From Trichomonas gallinae (lineage: Eukaryota): a stretch of DNA of 45,022 nucleotides. The DNA lies in assembly GCA_008369845.1 (NCBI GenBank), contig MRSU01000151.1, positions 1 through 45,022 of the forward strand, in the 5' to 3' direction. Each line of letters begins with the position of its first letter. The stretch's first letter is position 1. The position numbers and the translations under genes were made by a program. Positions 28,118 through 37,207 of the stretch are shown here, in pieces. Below the pieces are notes generated by a model. The model was not told the DNA's origin. It saw only the letters and a list, made by a program, of their open reading frames with translations, and did not search any database.

Positions 28118-30259
28118 TTAGACATATATTTGAGGGATTGTATCAACCGCAAAAACAACTCCACCGTTTGTGTTCAGTGCAAACTGACCATTTTGTGCTG
28201 TGAGGTCGATTTTTGTCGCATCACTCATAACTGGGACGGTGGCAAACTCAGAGCAGCCTGGTGAAACAGAGTTAGGGAATGAAGGAGCACCTGCCATAAC
28301 AAGACCTTGGTTATTCGGACCAATGGCGAACTGCAAATTACTCAATGTTTGTTCGCATGTGTTTGTTATCTTAAGATAAATATTCTGGATGTCATAGTCA
28401 ACTTCCAAATTCATTATCCTGCACTCAGCAGCTTGGCCGTTTGGTGCCTTCATCCAAGTCTTAATTTGGTGGTAGTTTCTAACGGCTTGCTCAATATCGT
28501 CATTATCTGGAACAAACTTTTGACGCTTGACAAAATCGCCTGGAACAACATGTAGGACACCTGAAACGTTTCCCATGTTTCTGATCAACTCTGATAAAAC
28601 TTCATCTGTGTACTGAGTTCCAGAGTGGACAACAGTGTCCTTGGGGAACACAACGATATCTTTCGCGACACCACCTTCGCTCATCAATAGCTTCCAGTAG
28701 ATCAATGCTCGCTGTTTGACGTCAGGAACATTGCCTGGTGCTGTTGCTTCGTTGAGGATGAACTGAAGCTGGTCTTTCGTCTGTTCTGGCTTCTCCAAGT
28801 AAACTTTAACTAATGCAACTAACAACTGGATCTGAACTAATGGTTCTTCGTCGTGGAAAGTGTCAAGGAATGGATCAAGTAAGACATCAACGTTCTCAAT
28901 GAGTTTGTTGTATTCGCCGAGTATCCAGATGCCAGCAGCTTTCGCTCTAGGCGCTTTAACTTGCTCAAGGGACTGGCAGACTGTGCCAATTACATTCTCG
29001 AAGACACCTGGGTACTTCCTCAGGATGTCTGTGAAGACAATAATAGCTTCTTCTAACGCGTAATCTGCCCTGCCTTGAACAAGAGAAACTAAAATGTCGA
29101 CGCACCTTCTGGCTGATGCCTCTATCTTAACTGCTATCTGGGAGATGCATCTGACTGATTTTCTGACGAATGCGACATCGACTGAATTGCAATATTCTTG
29201 GAGTTCGTCTAAAACCATTTGCGCAGATTGAGCTCCGCATATTGTAATGAGAATTTCAAGTTTCTCCATCTTAACATATGATGGATCGTTGTATTTGCAG
29301 AAGAATAATCTGTATTCTCTTGAGAGAGCTTTAGGATACTTGAGGACGAATAATGAGAGTGTTCTAAGAACAATGTATTGTATTTCGTAATCGCTTGATG
29401 CGATTAATGTGATAAATGGAGGAATAATTTGTGGGAATAATTCTGCTGGGTTTCTTTGGTCCAATTCTAAGAATAAGAAAATGCATTTGAACGAACCAAT
29501 GACAACAGCTGGATTTGATGATTTAAGGAATGGAATAAGGCGATCAATTAAAAATGTTGCATCTTCGTGTGATTCTGGTTTGTAGTGTGACAAAGAGTCG
29601 AGTAAAACACCCTGGCACCAATCTGAGCATGATGAAATTGCTGAAAGCATTGGTCCAACTGTTTGAAGATTCAAATGGAAAATTGGCTCGGATCTGCGCT
29701 CGTTAATTTCAAGAATAACGGCTGTAGTATTGGAAACAACCAAAGGGTTGTCATCTTTCAATAATTTAAGCAACGCTTTGAATAATCCTGAATTTTCTAC
29801 AGATTCTGGAATGAAATCGTAAAGTTTTGCAACGCCAAACACGGCTGTTTTGCGAACATATGGGTCTCTATCAGCTAAAGCGGTCATTAAAGGCTGAATC
29901 ATATGTTCACCGACATTTTCGAGTTTGATTCTGCACATATTTCTAATTGCGAGCGCTCTAATAACCGGATTGTAATCAGTAGCATCTTTAATGAAGATAT
30001 TTACGGCCATAATCGCTTGTTCAGGTTCATGAGGTGAATAATGAACCAGATATAGATAGACAAGCTTCTTCAGCTCAATGTCCTGTGTTTTAACACTGCG
30101 TAACATTGAAGAAAAGAGAGAAACCATATTTTCGCCTGCTCTCATCATAGAAACGACATGCTTAACGGCCGATTTACGCTTGCCTGGGTCATTTCCGTCG
30201 AGTTGGTCCCTGAGGTGCAGCAGTTCCGTTCTGCCTTCGCTCTCATATCCAAAGCTCAT
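28118..30259 (-). CDS. Beta-adaptin (AP-1/AP-2 beta subunit)
   Basis: Motifs ELKKLVYLYL, IMAVN.F.KD, NPVIRALAIRNM, DPYVRKTA, FFCKYNDPSYVKMEKLEIL, VDVAFVRKSVR and AGIWILGEY. Ends with a short appendage-like region. Confidence 0.95.
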   Translation of the reverse strand: MSFGYESEGRTELLHLRDQLDGNDPGKRKSAVKHVVSMMRAGENMVSLFSSMLRSVKTQDIELKKLVYLYLVHYSPHEPEQAIMAVNIFIKDATDYNPVIRALAIRNMCRIKLENVGEHMIQPLMTALADRDPYVRKTAVFGVAKLYDFIPESVENSGLFKALLKLLKDDNPLVVSNTTAVILEINERRSEPIFHLNLQTVGPMLSAISSCSDWCQGVLLDSLSHYKPESHEDATFLIDRLIPFLKSSNPAVVIGSFKCIFLFLELDQRNPAELFPQIIPPFITLIASSDYEIQYIVLRTLSLFVLKYPKALSREYRLFFCKYNDPSYVKMEKLEILITICGAQSAQMVLDELQEYCNSVDVAFVRKSVRCISQIAVKIEASARRCVDILVSLVQGRADYALEEAIIVFTDILRKYPGVFENVIGTVCQSLEQVKAPRAKAAGIWILGEYNKLIENVDVLLDPFLDTFHDEEPLVQIQLLVALVKVYLEKPEQTKDQLQFILNEATAPGNVPDVKQRALIYWKLLMSEGGVAKDIVVFPKDTVVHSGTQYTDEVLSELIRNMGNVSGVLHVVPGDFVKRQKFVPDNDDIEQAVRNYHQIKTWMKAPNGQAAECRIMNLEVDYDIQNIYLKITNTCEQTLSNLQFAIGPNNQGLVMAGAPSFPNSVSPGCSEFATVPVMSDATKIDLTAQNGQFALNTNGGVVFAVDTIPQIYV

Positions 30260-30644
30260 CTTTTGTTACGAAAAACCACTTTTTTGTTTTTTTAATTCCC
30301 GAATTTCCATGATTTTTAGCATTGTTACCATCTATGAATTCATAATTTTCAATAAAAATCGAATTTATAACTAAATTTCCATTAGAAATTCGAAATATTT
30401 TTATGATTTTTGTTAATTTGAAATAGTTATTAAATATCTATTCTAAATTTTTACTTTTCGAAAAATCATTACAAGAATTTTGATGATTTGAACATAATAG
30501 AAAATTTATAAATTTATAGCGAAAATATTAAAAATACGAAAAACTCGAAAATTTAATTAATACAGATTAATATATAATATACAAAGATGCTAAATCCTCC
30601 AAAAGAAATGATTTTATTCAACACTAAACGTGGCAAAAAATAAA

Positions 30645-30983
30645 ATGGCGAAAAAGATTAATTATGAACAGCCTGTTCCTTTGAGAATTGATTCTAGTAG
30701 TGACACTTACATGAGGATCAGGTACCAGCATATACCGAAATCAGTACAAGGCGAAAATACAGTAGAAAGAAATATCGAAATAAATCCAAACGAGCCAGGC
30801 AAAGGAAATGTTTACCATAAGCTTCAGAACGGAGAAACAGTTCAATTTGCAGGTAATTTGATCACATCAAATGGTTCTGAAGGAAGTTCAAATCAAGATT
30901 GCGTTCTTTTATTCAGAGATGATGAAGTTATCTGCGTTCCAGTTACAACATCTATACTACACTTAAGCAAAACAGGAAATTAA
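30645..30983 (+). CDS. ELL-associated factor (EAF) domain protein
   Basis: YMRIRYQHIPKSV...VQFAGN...QDCVLLF..ICVPVTTSI parallels EAF FHTIRYDFKPASI...VFKGN...KDCVLII..VLEKLSSSI. ATG at 30645. Confidence 0.7.
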   Translation: MAKKINYEQPVPLRIDSSSDTYMRIRYQHIPKSVQGENTVERNIEINPNEPGKGNVYHKLQNGETVQFAGNLITSNGSEGSSNQDCVLLFRDDEVICVPVTTSILHLSKTGN

Positions 30984-31439
30984 TCTCGATATTTTTCAAT
31001 CTGAGAAATATTTTCAATTCTCTATGGAAAATCTTCAAAACTTACGAAATTATATGATTTAACCTCAACTTGAGAAACAAAATTCGAAATTTTCTAATGG
31101 ATAATTTTATATCTTTATGATGTTGCTTGCAAACCACAGGACTGTAATTACTCATTCATTTACATGTAATTTACGCTAAGATTTCAATTTGAAATTATTC
31201 ATTAAAATATACCAAGATTAATTCATTCACTAGTCATTTCTTCTTGTACAGAATGAAATACTACAAGATTCAATAAAATTATTGATATTTATTTATTTTC
31301 CTAGAAAATCTTACAAAATACCAAACGATAAACAGTAAAATGTTTACATAATTCTCCAACACAAGCTAAGGGATTAAATCATTTTTGCAAAAAGCAAAAA
31401 ATAGGAACTTCCCCTTTTTAGTTTTTTAATAAATCAACA

Positions 31440-32723
31440 ATGAAACAAGCCTTGCAGCATGGGGATGACAATAAAGCAACAGAAGACTCAGTTAATGCCA
31501 TCGTTGAGAACTATTCCTCGATAAAATCAAATCTCGAATCTCAAAAATACGAAGAAGTTGCCATTTACTGTCAATACATTAGAAGCATTTGCTGCAACAT
31601 CGAAGAAGATGTTTCTAGTTTCTTCATAGATCAAGATTTGTTATTAGAACTAATTTATTCAACCGAAAACAGCGATCAAGAATACAAAGAATCAGTTTTT
31701 GATATGCTTGCAGTACTATCGACAATTACTAATCTTTCATTCTTATTCGAAAATGAAAAATCTCAGCAAATCCTATTTGAAACACTCAATTCTGAGAATA
31801 CTGAGTCAGCACTTGCCATTCTCAGATGCTGTTTCGAAGAATTGGATAAAGGAGAAGTCAAAAATTTGATTCCTTTTATTCTCGAAAATCTTGAAATGCA
31901 ATCTAAATCGGTTTTACTCAACAGCAATGAAGTAGTATCAATAGTTTATGCAATGTCGAGATATAAAATCGATGCGAGCGAAAAATTTGCTCAAATTGTT
32001 TTATTTTTCTTAATGACTCCAGAATTAGAACTTATTGATAACATACTTCATGCAATTACATTCCAATTAAAGAGAAGCAACGTTCAAACACAGTTTTATA
32101 TCAATGATGCATCAATTAACAAAATATTAAGTTTAATTCATTCAAATGACACAAAAACTGCAATTGCAGCTATAGAACTGATTAATCAAATGACATATAA
32201 ATCTCCTGATATTTTCTTGAAATATTCACAGCAAATCCTTCCAATTCTCCATGAAAGACTAAATACAGATGATGAGGTGCTACTAGAGACTATATTCGAC
32301 GCGCTTTCCAATATCTTAGTCGCAGACAAAACAATCTCAATAAATTTGATCCAAAACGGAATTCTTGATGTTATTGGTAGATCCATTGAGTTTTCTTTCG
32401 ATACAAAGAAATCAGCATTGGAATTGTTTATTAATGTTTTCTTATGCTTGGATTATCAAAGCAGAAGTGAATTATCAACAAATCCATTGTTCACTATTGT
32501 TTTCGAGAATCTTGTTGAGTTATCGAGAGCTTTCAAGTACAAAGTTGTATCTTCTGTTATTGTTCTAGTCAATGATGCTCAATTTTCTCAAAATCGAGAA
32601 TCTTTGTTAAATTCTTTACGAAAACAAGAAATAATCGATGTTTTAGAGGAAATAATGGAATCCAATGACGACAAACTAATTGAGAAAGTTTCAATTCTGA
32701 TCAGAATCTTAGAGGATGGATAA
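31440..32723 (+). CDS. ARM/HEAT-repeat protein (loosely importin-alpha-like)
   Basis: 427-aa acidic, Leu/Ile-rich helical ORF with DALSNILV, LIQNGILDVI, FDTKKSALELFINV and IIDVLEEIMESNDDKL. Confidence 0.75.
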   Translation: MKQALQHGDDNKATEDSVNAIVENYSSIKSNLESQKYEEVAIYCQYIRSICCNIEEDVSSFFIDQDLLLELIYSTENSDQEYKESVFDMLAVLSTITNLSFLFENEKSQQILFETLNSENTESALAILRCCFEELDKGEVKNLIPFILENLEMQSKSVLLNSNEVVSIVYAMSRYKIDASEKFAQIVLFFLMTPELELIDNILHAITFQLKRSNVQTQFYINDASINKILSLIHSNDTKTAIAAIELINQMTYKSPDIFLKYSQQILPILHERLNTDDEVLLETIFDALSNILVADKTISINLIQNGILDVIGRSIEFSFDTKKSALELFINVFLCLDYQSRSELSTNPLFTIVFENLVELSRAFKYKVVSSVIVLVNDAQFSQNRESLLNSLRKQEIIDVLEEIMESNDDKLIEKVSILIRILEDG

Positions 32724-33042
32724 GTGACTTCTAACCATATTATTCATTTCATTGAAGACGATATAATCAGTTTCATCATTGTTAATCCTTGAAATTTTAT
32801 TAGGATTATCTTAATACGATTAATAAGTAATTAGCAATTTTGCTATCAATTCTAAATTACCAATCAAATAATATATCATGACAAAACGAATCTTTTCATT
32901 TTGATCCAATTTCATTTTTGGCTGTACAAATTATTGTTTTATTCGTGCTTGTAACAAAGACAAACTGTATTTTTGATGTAAAAAAGCTAAATAATTATGT
33001 AATCACAATGTAGTTTTTTAGTTCAAATGATAGATTATTAAT

Positions 33043-34065
33043 TTACTGCTTGTAGCCCTTTGGGTTCTGGGATTGCCATCTCCATGAGTCTCTGCACATG
33101 TCTTCGATGCTCAACTTAGCTTCCCAACCGAATAATTTCTTGGCTAGGGATGGGTCAGCATAGCAAGAAGCAACATCACCTGGGCGGCGTGGTGCGATCT
33201 TGTATGGGACCTTGACGCCGTTAGCCTTTTCGAAGGCAGCGACAACCTGAAGAACGGATTGTGGTTTGCCTGTACCAAGGTTGACAGCGAGTGGCTTGAA
33301 GCCGTCGTGTTCGTTGAGGTACTGGATAGCCTTGACGTGGCCGTAAGCAAGGTCAACGACGTGGATGTAATCGCGAACACCAGAGCCATCGACTGTTGGA
33401 TAGTCGTTACCGTAGACACTGAGGAATTCACGTCTGCCGATAGCAACCTGTGTGATGTATGGCATCAAGTTGTTTGGAATACCATTTGGATCTTCGCCGA
33501 TTGTGCCGGATTCGTGGGCACCGACTGGGTTGAAGTAACGAAGAAGGCAGATCTTGAAGGAGTTATCAGAAATGTAGACGTCCTGAAGGATTCTCTCGAT
33601 GACATACTTGGATGTGCCGTATGGGTTTGTTGTGCCACCGATAACTGCGTCTTCTGTGATTGGGACCTTTTCTGGAGAGCCGTAAACTGTAGCTGAGCTG
33701 GAGAAAACGATCTTCTTGCACTTGTATTCTCTCATAACGTCTAAGAGAACTAATGTGCCGTTGACGTTGTTATCGTAGTATTCGATTGGCTTTGCGACTG
33801 ATTCACCGACAGCCTTAAGACCAGCGAAGTGAATGACAGAATCAAAGTGGTACTTTGCGAAAGCATCAGCGAGAGCCTTGCGATCTCTGATATCACCCTT
33901 GATGAATGGAACTTCCTTTCCGATGATCTTAGCAACGCGCTTTAATGATTCCTCGGAGGAGTTGGAAAGATTATCAAAGACAACGAATTCCATGTTAGCC
34001 TTTGAGAGTTCGATGAGTGTGTGTGAGCCAATGAAGCCTGATCCGCCAGTGATAAGAATTGTCAT
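33043..34065 (-). CDS. galE: UDP-glucose 4-epimerase (likely also UDP-GlcNAc 4-epimerase)
   Basis: Motifs ILITGGSGFIGSHT, HFAGLKAVGES, FSSSATVYG, YGTSK, LRYFNPVGAH, PNNLMPY and GVRDYIHVVDLA. ATG at 34065. Confidence 0.97.
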   Translation of the reverse strand: MTILITGGSGFIGSHTLIELSKANMEFVVFDNLSNSSEESLKRVAKIIGKEVPFIKGDIRDRKALADAFAKYHFDSVIHFAGLKAVGESVAKPIEYYDNNVNGTLVLLDVMREYKCKKIVFSSSATVYGSPEKVPITEDAVIGGTTNPYGTSKYVIERILQDVYISDNSFKICLLRYFNPVGAHESGTIGEDPNGIPNNLMPYITQVAIGRREFLSVYGNDYPTVDGSGVRDYIHVVDLAYGHVKAIQYLNEHDGFKPLAVNLGTGKPQSVLQVVAAFEKANGVKVPYKIAPRRPGDVASCYADPSLAKKLFGWEAKLSIEDMCRDSWRWQSQNPKGYKQ

Positions 34066-34073
34066 TAGCGAAA

Positions 34074-34078
34074 AATGA
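34074..34078 (-). promoter_or_regulatory. Initiator (Inr) TCATT of galE
   Basis: Minus strand reads CTTCATTTTTCGCTA-ATG, matching the Trichomonas TCAY(T/A) Inr position. Confidence 0.7.
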
Positions 34079-34790
34079 AGTGTCAACTCAATTTTTTTGT
34101 ATGGCTCCTATCAAAAATATTATGGTTTTTCCACAAAAATGGGCCAAGTTTTTTTAAATCTTTATTATTCATATTTATGTTTATTATATTTTTTTTTTCC
34201 ATACGAAGAACCAATCTTAAAATTTGCCAATGTTGTTTTTTTGCAATATTTAAATGGTGTGTGGAATGTTTTAACAATATAACACAGTTTCCCTAATTAA
34301 TTACTTAGAATTTTTGATATATCAGATCATAATTAGTTATCTGTCTTGTTATAGTATATGCATTGAAAATAATACAAAAATTTGGAAAAATAAATGCTAT
34401 CCGCTACAATGACAAGTAAATATTTACATGACAAACCCATTAAGTTTTCTAGGCGTTGTGCTATTAAACTATGATGGGTTGAATGGAGATAATTTTTGAG
34501 GATATTTGACCACTGTAATGTTGATCAAACGTGGTTGCGTTCAATTTTTTATGATGTTTGGCCGTTGAAACTTTTCTCTCAGTGATCTGGATAAAATTGC
34601 ACCATAAAACATTTTGATATGATGTATAGGAACGTATTTTGCTTTCCGATTTCTAGAAAGCTCCGACTGAAAAAAGATCTGAAATCGATATTTGATATCC
34701 ATTGCAATTCAACATACGCTCACTATCACCTTCTTATGTAACTCAGTGATAAGACGTTTAACTCAAGATTGAGATTTTTTTTTTGCACCA

Positions 34791-34939
34791 AATTTTTGTC
34801 GTGTAAATTTTGGCTTCTAACGAATTTTGTCATGTAAATTTTTAAAGGTTTACAATTTTATTGTCATGTAAATTTTAAGTTTACAACATTTTTTTGTCGT
34901 GTAAATTTTGATTTGAAATAATTTTGTCATGTAAATAAA
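34791..34939 (+). repeat. Five regularly spaced copies of TTGTC(A/G)TGTAAAT
   Basis: Cores TGTCRTGTAAA at 34797, 34828, 34862, 34895 and 34925; spacings 31, 34, 33 and 30 bp. Confidence 0.85.
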
Positions 34940-35020
34940 AAATAGTCAAAAAAAATTAAAGAACAAAATCCAGCATTATATAAATTTTTTCTTCAGTCAG
35001 CAATAAGCGAATGCATAGGC

Positions 35021-35671
35021 ATGAATACATACAAAGACAAAAATAACACATGCAGGTGTCTTCCTGGCTTTAAATATGGAGATCCAGTTTCGAAATTTGG
35101 ATGCTTCAATTGCCAGACTGAATGCCACGTTAAAGGATATTGTGCACATCCAGGAAAGTGTGTGTGCCAAAGAGGACTTGTTGGTGATGGAATTACAAGT
35201 TGTGAAATTCCAACTCCAGAAGTAACGGGAATTTATCCAACAAAGATACGAAAACAGGGATATGAAGATATACAAGTAACGTATTACTTAAATGAACCAC
35301 ATAATCCTAATTATATTTGGTGCAAATTCCAGAACATCACGGTTTTAGGAGAACTAATCGAGCAAGGAATTGTAAAATGTACAGCACCACCATCAAACGA
35401 ATATGCTGTTAGAGTTTCACTCTCATTCGATACACAAAACTTTTCGAATTCAGATGTTTTTATTTACTACGATCAAGAGTCAAAAATAGAATTTAAAATC
35501 AACTGGATTGTCATTGCAGTCGGATTGATCATATTTATCTGGGGAAATTCGATAATATTCACTTGGGGCAAAGTTAAAGTTGTTGAAGTCATTGATTCTC
35601 AGACAAATATCGAATTGCCTAGGCCTGCAGCAAAGAATCTACAAAATGAAGATGACTTTAATCCATTTTAA
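35021..35671 (+). CDS. EGF-like + IPT/TIG domain single-pass membrane protein (5' end uncertain)
   Basis: EGF-like CRCLPGF and CHVKGYCAHPGKCVCQRGLVGDGITSC. IPT-like PEVTGIYP, WCKF, VKCTAPP and VSLSFD. TM segment WIVIAVGLIIFIWGNSIIFTW. Confidence 0.85.
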   Translation: MNTYKDKNNTCRCLPGFKYGDPVSKFGCFNCQTECHVKGYCAHPGKCVCQRGLVGDGITSCEIPTPEVTGIYPTKIRKQGYEDIQVTYYLNEPHNPNYIWCKFQNITVLGELIEQGIVKCTAPPSNEYAVRVSLSFDTQNFSNSDVFIYYDQESKIEFKINWIVIAVGLIIFIWGNSIIFTWGKVKVVEVIDSQTNIELPRPAAKNLQNEDDFNPF

Positions 35672-35896
35672 TTTTTATTTTGTTTTTTATTTAGTTAATA
35701 CCATGCATTTAAAGACAAACAATATGCAATATAGTGAATGTTAAGCATATTTTGAACATTAATGGCTTGAATTAATGAAAAAATTTTCTCGACCAACTAT
35801 TTATTAGTTTGTTTAGATAGTCATGATCGAGAATGCTGAGTTTCACAATACATATTATATAGTAAATTCTTGAATTTTCATGAAAATCTAATATTT

Positions 35897-36388
35897 TTAA
35901 TCAATTTCGACGTCGTTGCTACCTTCTGGGGCAGCGGCTGGAGCAGCCGAAGGAGCAGCTTCCTCCATGCCGTCATCATCATCGTCGTCATCTTCCATGC
36001 CACCGAAGTCCATTCCGTCAGCGCCTCCCCAGTTGAAGCCCTGCTTTTCTTCTTCATCGTCTTCATCGACCCACTTGTCCCAGTCGACAGAGACGTAGTG
36101 GAGTTTCTTTGTTGTCTTGGCGAGTCTTGGCCACCAGATTGATGTATCCTTCTTCTTCATGACAATTTCGATGCCACGTGGACGAACGAGGTACTTGGAC
36201 TCTTCGACGAGGGTTTCTTCGTAAAGCTCAAGTGTGACGTTGAATTTGTGCTCGTGGTTATCGGATTCTCCAGTGAATGTGAATGTTGTGCCGTTAAGTT
36301 TGACGACTGGATCGATGCAATCGTGGACGCGGATTGTAACGAGTACATTGCCGTCCTTGTGCTGTGCCCAAACAATAGCTGGTTGCAT
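35897..36388 (-). CDS. Hsp90 co-chaperone p23 (CS domain; PTGES3/Sba1 family)
   Basis: Motifs PAIVWAQ, WWPRLAK and YVSVDWDKWVDEDDEE, plus an acidic Gly/Met tail. Inr TCATT at 36394-36398. Confidence 0.95.
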   Translation of the reverse strand: MQPAIVWAQHKDGNVLVTIRVHDCIDPVVKLNGTTFTFTGESDNHEHKFNVTLELYEETLVEESKYLVRPRGIEIVMKKKDTSIWWPRLAKTTKKLHYVSVDWDKWVDEDDEEEKQGFNWGGADGMDFGGMEDDDDDDDGMEEAAPSAAPAAAPEGSNDVEID

Positions 36389-36729
36389 TGTGAAATGAAG
36401 ACGATAGTCAGGTTGCCGGCGACAAATAAAGTGGTCGCTGACACTTTACACGACATTTCTGACTTTACACGTCATAATTTTGATTTCTGAAATCAGATGT
36501 CATAAATTTCCTTTCATGATTTATCGTTTTATCTCATTGAAGCACATAACTCAATGCCTATACAAACTAAATATTAAATATTTTGCAAATTTGACGAGAT
36601 TTAGAAGATAAATGATGATCTATTATTTTCATTGATAAAGCATAATCATGAATAACAACAAGACATTGCGTATAGTTTTAGCCTCAGCAAATAGAAAGTC
36701 AATTCTTTTTACTATTGAACGAGATAGTT

Positions 36730-36917
36730 AAAAAATTTCGTGAAATTTCGAGACATTACATGTCAAATTCAAATATATCTTTGACACTTTACAAAATAAT
36801 TTCTGACATATTTCGAATAAGATATTGCAAAAAAGAAGCCAAAAAAATTTAGTGAAAATTTTGATACATTACATGTCAAATTCTACATGTTTTTGACGCT
36901 TTACAATGTCATAATTT
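36730..36917. repeat. Imperfect direct repeat of about 75 bp (offset about 112 bp) carrying TTACATGTCA and TTTGAC(A/G)CTTTACA
   Basis: ACATTACATGTCAAATTC at about 36753 and 36866. TTTGACACTTTACA at 36780-36793 versus TTTGACGCTTTACA at 36892-36905. Confidence 0.75.
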
Positions 36918-37207
36918 CCCAAAACGAGGAGGTACCCAAATCTTAGTGAGAAATCAAGCAAAAAGAAAATCAAATTGGTTAGTATTGGATAATCCAGTAG
37001 GACCAGACCAGCACGATTATAGTACCGAAACACACTCTTATATATATATTTCGTCATATAAAATGTGAAATATGAAATTTCATTTTACAATAATCGTTTT
37101 CTCTCTCAAATTTTTGATAAATCAAATTCGCGATTGTTTTGGTTATCTTTAAAGTGTTTGCGACAGCGATTTCAAAATTTCAGTTTTTAACAATTTTTAA
37201 AATAATA

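Noticed and set aside
34440..34760. Moderately GC-rich spacer with ATGATGT...CTGA words and a long minus frame with one stop
   Set aside because: Box C is imperfect, no rRNA guide could be verified and the translation matches no family I know; unresolved.
34791..34939. CRISPR-like repeat-spacer appearance
   Set aside because: Repeats and spacers are too short, spacers are partly similar to each other, the context is eukaryotic and there are no cas genes.
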